Below, piece after piece: positions 49,901 through 61,900 of a DNA stretch of 64,000 nucleotides (its first letter is position 1; every line of letters begins with the position of its first letter). The DNA is taken from positions 862,044-926,043 of the forward strand of contig JBJBEO010000001.1 of assembly GCA_047284725.1 (NCBI GenBank), in the 5' to 3' direction. Under the pieces are notes generated by a model that worked only from the letters and a program-made list of their open reading frames with translations, ran no database searches and was not told the origin of the DNA. Source of the DNA: Synechococcus sp. (GTDB taxonomy: Bacteria; Cyanobacteriota; Cyanobacteriia; PCC-6307; Cyanobiaceae). A program made the translations under genes and the position numbers.

Positions 49901-52900
49901 GTCAGGTTGACGCTCTTCTTCAGCGCACCGGACACGTTGATCGTAGCCTGTTGCGCCTGGCCCGGCGTAGAAATTTCGAGGTCGAGGTTGCCCGCATCGA
50001 TGGCGTCGATGCCGAAGAACGACTCGCCCGTCGAGGCATTGCGGCTGGTGTAGATACGTCCGTCATCACCGATCACGCCGTCCTGGCCAGTGCCACCGGA
50101 GATCCAGTCGTTGCCGTAGCCACCGATCAGGTCGTCGTCGTCGGCATCACCGAAAAGCACGTCGTTGCCGACCATGCCGTAGATGAAGTCGTCACCCGAC
50201 TCACCGTGGATCTCGTCGCCGGCGCCGATGTCGCTCTCCTGGCTGGCAGGGTCGTGATCGATGCCGCCCTGGGTGTAGTCGACCAGGTCGACGGCGCGAA
50301 CGACGATGCGCTCGCTGCCGCGATTCTCGGAACTCGAGGACTGGTCGTAGGTAAACGCGAGCATCGCACCGCTGGAGTCGACCAGGCGGTAGATATTGGC
50401 GTTGTCACCGGCGATGGCATCGGAGTCGCGCCCGTGGCGTTCCTCGAACACCAGGTCGACCGCCTGATCCTCGACGGTGTACTCGTTGCGATTGATGCGC
50501 GTCGCCGCGCCGCCGAAGATCAGGTCCGCCGCGTCCGGACGATCCGTCGGATCGACCAAGCCGAACAGAATCGAGCTGCCGCCGATGATGTCGTCCTGGC
50601 CAAGGTTGCCGAAGATGACATCGGAGCCGCCGTTGCCCTCGATGTAGTCGTCACCGTCGTCGACGCCCTCTATCGAGGCGTTGACTACCAGCAGACCGTC
50701 ACTGTCGCGGTACGCACCGACCGTCGTCTGGGCGACGTTGCCGGCGTCGAGTTCGATGAACGAGTCACCCTGTATGGTGTCGTCACCGAGCTGACCGAAG
50801 ATTTCGTCATCGTCAGCGCCACCCGCGATGTAGTCGTCACCGAAGCTGCCGGCGAACGGAGTATCGGAGTGGTCGAGCAGGACGATGTCGCGTGCCGTAT
50901 CTCCGCTCGGGTCGAGCTCCGCCGCACCGGCGATCAGCGCCTTTCCGTCGGTGCCACCGACGATGTCCTCGCCGTAGATGGTGCTGCCCTGCAGCTGGCG
51001 GAAGCGTTTGCGCAACGAATCGCCGCGACGAACGATGGTCGCGTTGTCACCGGCGATGGCGTCGTTTCCGGCGCCGCCGTCGATGAAGTCGCCCGCGTCC
51101 TGGCCATTGGCGACGTTGTGCCCCCCGATGATGTCATCATCGCCGTTGTTGCCGAAGATTGTGTCGCTACCCTGCTGACCAAGGATAATGTCGTCGCCGG
51201 CATCGCCGGTGATGAAGTCCGCGTCGCCGAGCAGGTCGTCGAGAGGGAACCACACGCTGCTTCCGAGAGTTTCGGTCTCGATGGCGGTGAAGGTGAATGG
51301 CGGAGTCATCGTCGCTTGCGGCAGGGACGCCGGATCCAGCACACCTCCGAGCGTCTGCTCGATGCGGCCGTTGTCGCCGAAGATGAGGTCCTCACCGTCG
51401 TTACCCGAGATGGTGTCGCGACCGGCGCCACCGAGGACGATGTCATTGCCCTCGTCACCGGCAATTCTGTCGTCGTCGGGACGTGTGATGAACGTCTGAA
51501 TACGATCGACCGCGGCGTCGGCGTCAAGAGCTAGGTCCATGGTGCCGTGATCGCCGAAGATCAGGTCGTTGCCGGTGTTGCCGTGGATGTCATCACCGCC
51601 GGTCCCACCAAAGATCAGGTCGTCGCCGGCATCACCGAAGATGAAGTCGCCCGCGCCGTTGTCGGGGATGGTGCTGGTGATGAAAGTCACCTGCTCCGTT
51701 GTGCGGATGCGCTCCGTACCCGGCTGCAGGTCGATACGACCGTGGTCGCCGAAGATGATGTCGCCATCATCTCCGCCGTGGATGGTGTCCGAACCGGTCG
51801 CCATGTCGTCGCGGCTACGCGAGTCGGCTGTGTCGACGTCGACTACGCTCAGCCACAGCGTGGTGCCGTCGCGGTGCGGCAGGTCAACGTTGAAGCCGGA
51901 GTCGCCGTAAATGTGGTCGGTGCCTTTCTGGCCGAAGATCTCGTCGTTACCGGAACCGCCGGCGATGTGGTCACCGTCCATGCTGCCGAAGATGGTGTCG
52001 TCGCCACCACCACCGAAGATGGTGATGCCGCCGGTGAACTCAAAGGTGCCGTCTTGCTCGTCGGTGTCGACGCTGGAGATACCGCTCCAGGCCGACGCAT
52101 CGATGATGTCGTTGCCGGTGCGATCGAAGGCGATGGCGTTGCTGGTGATGCCGGTGACCATCGTGATGGTGGCGTCGACGCCGAGTTCTTCGACCGTCAG
52201 GCCGCCTGTCAGCGTTAATGTTGTCGCGGTGACGTCTGCGATCTCGTAAGCGCCGTCGTTGGCGATGCTGCCCTCGATCTCCACCGGGCGACCGACAACG
52301 TAGCCGTCGTCAAGCCAGCTGCCGCCGTCGTTGCGGCTGATGGAGCCCGCAGCACCCAGATCGACGTTGGCCTCCACTTTGATCGGCGCCGAAGGCACCG
52401 AGTCGTAGCGGCTTCCATCTTGCGAAGTGTCGCCGTAGACCACCAGCACGCCGGTGGCCTTATTAATTACAATTGAATCGCCGCCGACGATGGCTTCGCC
52501 TGTATCTGAGACGACCTTGGTCAAGGTCCCGCGGATGGTCTCGGTGGTAAGTGCTCCAACTACAGTGATAACGTCGCCATTGATGTCCGCGATCTCATAG
52601 GTCGCATTGTTGTCGTCGGTGTCGGTGACCTTGATTGTGTCGCCGACCTCGAAGCCCTCATCGATCCAAGAGGTGCCGTCAACGCGGGTGATATCGCTGC
52701 CGTCGAAACCGAGGTCGTTGTTGACCTCGAAGATGCTATTACCACCACCGTGAATTACGGTGACGAGTCGTTCCGCCGCGCCCACCGTGCCGTGGCTGGT
52801 GTCGTCGACCTGGAAGTTGTCGTTGCCGACACCCAGCATGATCTCTGTCACCTCGATGTCGTCGAAGGTGATACCACCCTCGAAGGTCACCAGCTCGCTG

Positions 52901-55900
52901 CCATCCTGCGCGATGCTGATGTCGAAGGTAGTGGTCGGCCCCATGCCCAACCCCTCGAGATTGGTCGGGTTGTCGAGAACGATGATCGGGTTGTTGTCCA
53001 GCGTCGTCGAGTGCAGGCGACCCGAATCGTCGGCGAAACTGTTGTCGTTGTAGACATTTAGCGTGTCAGTCTTGGTGGTCTCGTCGGTGTCATCGACGAA
53101 GACGTTGGGCTCGGTGGTCGACTCGGTCGGCAAGACGACAGCCTTCGACAGCGACCGGTCGCGACCCAGCGCGACACCACCCTCGATGACCACCGGACCT
53201 TCGATGGTGTTGAGGCGGTGCTGACCGAGGGTCGGGGCGCGCTCGACATCCTGTCCTGCCGTGGCCTTGAAATCGGGGTTCTGATCGATCACGACAGTCT
53301 GTTCTTGGAACCAGTCGGTGTCGGTGAACACCATTTCCGTGGTCAGTTCACCCGTCGCGATATTGCCGAGCAACGAGAGGATCGACTGGCCGTCGGAGAA
53401 CGCGCTCACCGTGACATCGGTGTCCGGCTGGCTCAGTAGGCGCACCGTGTAGGTGTCGGTGCCGGCGCCCACGACATTGTCCTCGATGACCAGCGTGCTG
53501 CCGTTGGACTGCTGTACCAGAATCCCTGGGGTGTCGTCGTCGAGTACGCGGATGCGCAGCTCGTTGGCATCGGCGTCGACATACACGCTGTCGCCCTCGT
53601 TAGCCGTGCCCTCGAACGAGCTGGTCAACAAGTGGTCGATACGGACTGATTCCGGGTTCTCCTCGGTAGCGTCGTCGCTGGCCTTCACGAACACCGTCTG
53701 CTTCACGTCGAAGGTGCTGGCGTCGAAGGTGAGTGCACTGAGCGTCGTGGTGAAGGTCGCGTCGGTGTAGAACTCCACCTCAGCGTTGCTTTCGATGTTC
53801 ACTGTGACGATCTCACCGGCCTCAGGCGCCACCGCAAGGCGCACGTCGTAGGTATCGGTGATCGCACCGGCGCCGACTACCCCTTCGAGAACAAGTGTGC
53901 CGCCGTCGGTCTCGTCGATAATGACGCTGCCGAGATCGTCGTCGCGTACCAGCACGACGGCATTCTTGATTTTGGCGCCGTTGTACGGCTCGTCGGCGCT
54001 GTGAATCATGTGGCTGACCATGACGTTGCGGTCGCCCTCGATGACGTCGTCACCGATGGCGCGGACGAAGACTTCTTGGTCGCTGTCCCAGTCGACGCCC
54101 GCGGTAAAGGTCAGAACCACGGCTTCGAAGAAGTTGACGCCATCGGTCGAGACCAGCACGGTGCCGGCGTCGCGGCTGCCACCGTCGCGTTTCGGCAGTC
54201 GCCTGTCGTGCGAGGACGAGGACGCCGCCGACACCGTGATGTAGACCTCGGTGCCGTCAGTCACGTCGGCGTCGGCGACCGACAGACCAACCATGTAGGA
54301 GTCCTCGTTGTCGACGCTGTCCTCGGTGACGACAATTTCGCCGTCAATGTTGTCGATAACCACCAGGCCGAGCGTCGGGGTGGCGACGTTGAACGGCACG
54401 CCCTCGATCAGCAGGCCGTCGTAGTCGGCGTCGCCGCTCATCGAGGCGTGGTTGATGGCCGCGCTGCGACCCTCGAGGTCCTGGCTCACCACGCGCTCGG
54501 TGACGTCGCCGCTGATGTTGAACGTATCCGAACCCAGACCGCCGATGATGGTGGTGACCGCGTTGGCGCGCGTGCCGAGTACGAAGAAGGTGTCGTCGCC
54601 CTCGAGTCCATCGACCTCGACTGCTTCCTCGACGCCATCAAGGCGAATGTTCAGGCCAGCTCCGAAGATGCCGTCCGGTGTGATGATGAAGGCATCGTCG
54701 GCCTCCGTTCCTATTGCCACCACCGTATCGAAGCCGTCACCACCGTTGATGCTCACTGGCGCGTTGACGTTGTACTCGATCTGGTCTTCGCCGTCGCCGG
54801 AGTTGACCTCGATCTCGCCATCGGCCACGAAGGCGCGTACCACGAACAGGTCGTTGCCCGACTCACCCTCCATGCGCAGCTCGGCCTTATTGGAAAAGAC
54901 GTTGAACTCGTCCTGGCCCTCGCCACCCTGCAGCACCGCCGCTTCACTGATGCCGAAGCTCAGCCAGTTGTCGTTGGTGATGCCAGTTAAGCGGATCTCG
55001 TCGGAGTCCGAGGTCAGGTCGATGCCTTCCTCCCACGGAGCCGTTCCCGGCACCGCGATCGGCACCGAACCGAACACCTGGCCGACCTGGAACATGTCGT
55101 CGCCCTCGCCGGCGTCGATAGTCATAACTGTGCTGGTGTCGTCGATGTAGAACTCGTCGTCCGCGTTGCCGGAGAGGATCTCCAGACGGCCGTTCGTGGT
55201 GCCGTCGTAGTTAATACGCTCGACTTCCGGATTTAGCACCGTGGCATCGTCGCTGACCGGGTTGAGCCACGCCACGAAGTGCTCGCGAATGAGGAAGTAG
55301 TCCTTGCCGTCAGCATTGTTGGCGTCTCCGATTTCTGTACCGACGATGGTGAGCTTGTCGGCACCGTCGTTCTCGGCGCCCGTATCGTGAACGTTGATCA
55401 GGTACTCGGTGCGGCCACCCGTGACGTTGATAACGACGCGGTCGGTCTCGGCACCGCCGTCGATGTCTAAAGTGTCACGAACTTGTTTGTTGCCCACGGG
55501 CACACCGTTGACCAGCTTGTCATCATCGAACTGCCGATCGTGGCGCGTGGTCATCCTCGTCATGTGATCGACGGTGATGAGGTCTTCACCCTCCTGGCCG
55601 AATACCTGGGTATGTCCGATGATGCCGGCTTCGGTGGTACCACCTTCCGGACGAATCTCGATCTCGTCGTCGTCGGCCTCCCCGAGGATGTCGATACGCT
55701 GGGCATACGTCTTGCCCTCAAGTATTATTAGTGCCCCGACGCCTGTGTCGTCGTCAAGATAATCACCTTCGATCCGTATATAATCGGTCGCATTGATCAG
55801 GCTAGTGGCGGCTAGGTGCAGGTTGTCGCCGGCGCGCAGGAAAATGCCGTTTGAGTCGATCGGCAACTGGGTCGCCAGCTGCGTCGGGATGACGTCGGCC

Positions 55901-58900
55901 GCCAGGACGGTACTGTTGGTCGAGACCAGTAAGTCGTCCCCCGCGGTGAGCGTGACGTCAGCGGTGGTCGCGTGAACCAAGCTGAACTGTCGCAACGTGA
56001 TGTCGGTGCCGGCGTCGCCAGTAATGTTGATGAAACCGGTGATGGCAGCGTTGTTCTCGATGATCAACGCTGCCGCGGTCGCATCGATATCTACCGAACC
56101 CGTCGTAGCCGTGACGTCAGAGTCGTCGATGGTGACGCTCTGCGCGGCGGTCAGAGAAACATCGGTCCCGGCGATCAGCACTGAGTTGTCAAGGCCCTGA
56201 GCCGGTGCATCAACGTCGTCGTTGGTGTCATCAGCGATGGTGAGGTTCATGCCAGCCATCGCCACAATCGCGTCGGAGGCACTGACTGTTGATCGGTTCA
56301 CGACCAGTACGTCATTACCGGCGGTGAGCGTTACAGCGCCACCTTGCGCCGTCACATCCGAGTCGTCAATGGTGACGTCATCGTTGGCGGTCAACACCAC
56401 GAAGGTGCCTGCCGTGATGATCGAGTTGTCTTCGCGATCGACGGTTTCGCCTATGTCGTCAGCATTGTCATCCTGGATTGTGAAATTAGTGCCTGCATTA
56501 GCCGTCAACGATATTGCAGCAGTCGCGGTTGAAGTGTTGGTGATGTTGATGTTGCCGCTAGTGGCCTCTAGATCCACATCGCCCTGTGTCGCCACCACTT
56601 CGGAATTGTCGATTGTGAGGTCGGCACCCGCTGTCATAAAGACGTGAGTCGCGGCGTTCATCACCGATGCCCGCGCGATCACGACATCGCGCCCGGCATC
56701 GATCAGAACCGAGGTGCCCGTGGTGATGTCGGTAGTGTTGTCGAATAGGACATCCTGCGTGGCTTCCGCAATAAGTGAGGAACCGGCATTGATGGTTGCG
56801 TCGATTGCCCTGATTGAACCGCTGGATCCGTCGGCGCTGTTGTAGTCGGCTTCCAGGACGATGGCTTTTGCTGCGGTGACCTGTGTGTTGGTCTCGAGGA
56901 ATAGGTCGTCGCCGGCGAACAGCGAAACATCACCGCCAGTGGACTGAATCTTGATCAACGTCTTGACGGTGAGGTCATCACCAATCGAAGCGGATTCGTA
57001 CGCGTGTACGACTATGTTGCCGCCGGCGGTAATGTTTTCGGCCACCGTGATCGGGCTCTGCGCCTCGAACAGAACGTCGCCGAATGCCTCGATACCGGTG
57101 GCGGACTGGTCGTTGTGTGAGATGGTCACCCCACCGACGTCGACCGCACCGCTGTTGTCGATGTAAACGTCGCCGCCGGTGGACTTGGCCTCAATGCGCT
57201 GCGCCTGCGTGTTGATCGACGCGCCGTTGGAGCCGATGCTGCCGACCGCGAACAGCCATAAGTGGCCCGACAGCACGTTGGTCGACGACAGGTCGGCGTC
57301 GAAGATGCCACCCTCGGGCGAGGTGATGAAGGCGTTGTTTCCGTTAGAGTCGATCTGGTCGAGGTAGAGATGCTGTGTGCCCGAACCGGTGGCCGAACGC
57401 TCGGTGATGTAGATGTTGCCGAGCACGCCATTGCTGGTGGCTTTGAGGCTTCCGGTGCCGGAGTACGAGCTATCGATGTCGAGATCGTTGCCTAGCTGAC
57501 CGATCGCTCCTGGAAGACCGGTGCCGGCGACCAGGGTGATGTGGTTACCGATGACATCGGCCTTGGTCTGTGCATCGATGCCGGTGGCGTCTGTGGAGTC
57601 CGGATCGAGCGGATTAACGAGGTCAACCGCGTCGAGGATCGACGCGTCCGCTTCGAGCCAAACGTCTCCGCCAGTCGAAAGAATGTTGCGGACGTTCATC
57701 GCCCCCGACGTTTCCGCCAGGAAGATGTCACCGCTTGCCGTGGCCGTGATGGTTCCGGAAACAGTGTCGAAGTCGAGCAGGTTGCCGGATGCGCCGATGC
57801 CATCGAGCGCCCAGAGAATGATGTTCTGGGCCTGGATGTTGGTGAAGTTGTTCTCCAGTCCATCGAGGATCGAGCCGTCGGCGGCGATCAACACCGCGTC
57901 GCCGCCTCCAGCGAACACTGTGCCCACATTCAGATCACTGGCGTCTTCGATGATGAATACATCTGCCGCGGCACGTGCGGTGAGGATTCCGCCGCCTACC
58001 AGGTCAACGTGGATTTCCTCGCCGTCCTCTCCGATGGTGCCGCTGCCGGCCTCAAGGATCAGGTTGTTGGCACGGAAGTTTGTATCTGTATCGCCGATAT
58101 CCGCCGTCAGGATGCTGGTCCCGACCTTGACACGGACCTCATCGCCAGTGACGGTGTCGCCCGACTTGATGGAATCGACGTAGATGGTGCCCTCGGAACC
58201 GAGGAACACCTGCTCGTCGGCATCGACGTTGACGACTCCGCTGGCCTCGATGTCGATGTCCTCCACAAGGTTGATGCGGCTGATGTCGATCTGCTGGGTG
58301 AAGCCGCCCGCGATATCTACCGTGACTCCGGTCTCGTCGTCGAGCGTGCCGCCGCTGTTGAGCGTCAGCTTGCTGGCGGTGACATTCTCGATAAGGAAGA
58401 ACTCGTTGGTGCCAGTGACGTTGGCGCTGTTGCCGGAAATGCTGATCACCATGCCGGCCTGGAAGCCATCGGCCATCCAGCTGCCGCTGTTCCGGGTGAT
58501 GGTGTCCTGCCCGGAAATCTCGTCAGCAAAGCTCACCACCACTGCGGTGGCAGTGGCGCTGACCACCGGCGCGTTCGGGTCAGGAACCACATTCAGCAGC
58601 TGAACCGTGGCGAGTTCAGCGGAAAGCGCCTGATCCAGCGTGATGACGTTACCCACCACGCTCTCGATCCTATAGGTCTCAAAATCTTCGTTCGCGTTGA
58701 CGGCATTGCCGACGACCTGGATGAAGTCTCCAGCAGTGAACGCGGCGAAGAGGTCTCCCGAAATGCGCGTCAGCGTGCCTTTGCCATCACTGTTGCCGAA
58801 CGCCACCTCCGAAGTAATCGGTGCGCTCTTGAGGTAAGTGACATCGTTACGCTCGGCAGCCGCCAGCGTCACACGCTCATCATCGGTAAGGGTGATGGTG

Positions 58901-61900
58901 ACGTCGACGTCGACGTTGCTTGCCGTGTTGAACGAAGCCGGCACAACAACGTTATCATCGTCATCGATGAAGCCGACCGTCAGCACGTTGGTGTTAATCG
59001 CAGTGATGATGTAGCTGCCGTTGTCGTGGCCCTCGACGAAGACCTGATCATTAACCGAGAAGCCCGACCAACCGCCTGAGAAGGTGATGTCCGAACCGGA
59101 GAAGCTCATCAGGCCTGACTTCGGTGCAGTGCGGAGCTTGGCGACGTCGATGTCGATGAAGCCCGAGGTCTCACCGATGCCTCCCCCGACGATCAATGTC
59201 ACATCGTTACCAGTGATGTTGGCCTCTTCTTCACTGACCGTGGTGTCCGAGACGCCTTTCAGCAGACCGGCACTGATGCTGAACAACAGCTCTGCCTCTG
59301 TCCACACCTTGAAGTTGCCCTCGACGTCCTGTTCTTCGGCGGCCGACAGTTCATACGAGAAGGCCTCATCAAAGGTATCGACGTCTGAAACGACGCCTAG
59401 GTTCTCAAGCAGCGTGTGAAGCGCGTGGTATTGGTCGGTGCGTGATTGCTCGAGCGCCTGCACCTGCAGCTCGTCGTAGTTGAGCCCAGTCGGGTCGGTG
59501 TAGAAGGCGAACTCTTCGGCCGTCAGCGCGACCTGGAAGTCGGCATCGTACGTTCCAGGGTCGGATTGCATGTTGCGGAACTGCCAGTACGAGCGATATT
59601 CCTGCGTACGCTGCGACTCCACCTCGATCTTGGCGTTCTCGATCTTGTCGAGGGCACCGAGCTCTTCGGTGAGGGAAAGATCCGACCACACGCCGCCCTT
59701 GAGTTCGTTGTATGTGCGTTCGTCTCGGGTCTGATCGTCGTTGACGTCGAGCAGATTGCCGTTGTCGACCTTCACCCAGACATCGCCTCCGGTGATGATC
59801 TCTTCGAGGCGAAGGTCACCATCGACCTCTTCGACGTACACGTCACCGGCAGCCTGGATGCTGACCTTGTCCTTCAGGAACGTTGGCGATATGGCGGAGT
59901 TGATCTCAAGCGGAGTGGCGGCGCTGTTGCCAACGCCACCGGTGGCTGAGGTCAGTGTGATGCTGCCACCGGTGATGTGGCTGCCGCCGAACGGCGTGCG
60001 GAGGTCAGTTTCCCCAACCCTGATCGCACCCGGCGCAAACAGCTCGACGTCGCCGCCATTCTCTGCGGTTATCTCTTCGATCGCCAACTCGCCGATCTGT
60101 TCCCTAATGTAGATATCGCCATTCTGGGTTGTTGCTTTCAGGCTCGAAGGATTGACGACGGCAGAGGTACCGGTACCGACCGCGGTGACGTCCGCCGTTT
60201 CGTCTGTAAGTGAAGCCGCTGCGTTAAGCGTGAGCACCTGCTGTGTGACGTTGTCGATGAGGTATGTACCGTCGTTCTTGTTGGAACCCACGATGGTGAT
60301 TGTGTTTCCGGCCTGGAAGCCGTCGAGGGTCCAGTCACCACTGGGGCGTGAAATGAGGTCATTGCCGAGGTGGGCGAGATCGTCGAAGAACAAACGGCCT
60401 TCGTACTCCTGCGTCGGGGAGTCCGTCACTCGCGTGACCAGCGGGTTGTCGTCATCAGTGCCTATTCCACTTAGGGCCTCGAGCTCAACCCGGCGGCCGC
60501 CGACGTAGGCGCTCAAGCCCACTGTTTCGATATCCTGCTGCGACACCACCCGGGTCAAACCTGTCGGATTGGCGATCGGTCCAATGATTTCGACAGCGCC
60601 TGTTCCAGTGGAGTTGACGATGATCCGCCCTTCGTCGTAGCCGAGGAAGGCAATGTCGATGGGACGATCGGCCTCGACCGAGTGCGTGTCGGTGACACCC
60701 TGCGTCTCGGTCTGCTTGTACTTGACGGTGATGGTCTTTTTCCCATACCAGCTCGTATTGGTCTTGCTCGACAGCACACCGTCGTCGTCGGTGCCGTATA
60801 CGCCGTCGGGGCCGGCCGGGTACTGGATACCGAGCGTCACGACCTCTTCGACGTGGTCGTACTGCGAGGTGTTGTCAATGTCCTTGTAGTAGTAGCCCGC
60901 TTCGTCCTCGAGCGTCGGCTGGTTTTCGATCTCGGTGCGATCCCAAGGACCGTCGAAATCTGTGCCAAGTGGGATGAACGCCCAGCTTGAATCGACTTGA
61001 GTGGCGGTGCGGATGATCTTCTGGGTCAAGCCGACCGTCCAGCCGAAACGCCAGCCCTCATCAGGCTGGTAGTTGGACAGGTCCTCGCTTTCCACAGCGG
61101 AGGTGTCGAGATTGTCGAGGTTGTTGAGTGAGTCACCGGCATAGACCGTTGAACCCGAGTTGTTGCTCTCGGTCACCGTGAATCCTTCGGCAGTCTGCTG
61201 GTAGATCGTCACCAGCGGATCCTCTGAGGTGCCGCGGGCCTTATCTCTGATGATGATTGTGCCTGCACCACGTTGCGAAGCGTCCAGCTCGTGGATCTTT
61301 AAGTTGTAGTTGGTGGAGTTATTGACTTCGATGTAGCCGTAGCCACCAAGCGCTCGAATCTTGCCATTGGCAGTATTCAGGATGTGTCCTGTGAGGTCGA
61401 TGGAGCCGCCGCTGACCCTCAGGTCAAGCACCTCGATGGTGTTCGTCGAGGCGTCGTAGATGAGGCCGAAGGACTCGCTGCGCAACGAGCTGTCTGGCAG
61501 AAAGAAACGACCCGTCTTCCCCCGCTCGAGCAGCGTGTTGATCTCGCTCTGCACGAACGAGTCGATGTTGAGAACGTAGTCTTCAACTCCGCTCTGGATG
61601 ATGCCGTTGATGTTGAGGTATTCGGCATCGATAACGATCTTGTCCGCGTACAGGCCGAGGTAGCCACCGCCCGGTGCTTCCGCAGCTACCAGCTCAGCTT
61701 CGATCCGAGCGATATCGGATTCGAGCGTCGCCTCGAGGGAGGAGCCGGCAGCAGCGTCCACAAGCGATGACTTCGCGGCCTCCAGCTCGGCGGTGAGCTC
61801 GGCAACCAACTCGCGCTGCGCGGCCGTCGATCCCGCCGGCTCGGTTGCGAACACGGTGTTCTGATTAGACGTGCTCGCCTCCGCGGTCCACGCCGCGGAA

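Noticed and set aside
49792-51534. 580-codon plus-strand ORF inside the giant gene (likewise 54001-54990 and 57541-59079)
   Set aside because: These are the antisense of RTX and beta-helix coding sequence. The sense codons GAC/GGC/ATC/ACC give stop-free GTC/GCC/GAT/GGT strings, and the products are monotonous V/D/A/G sequences.
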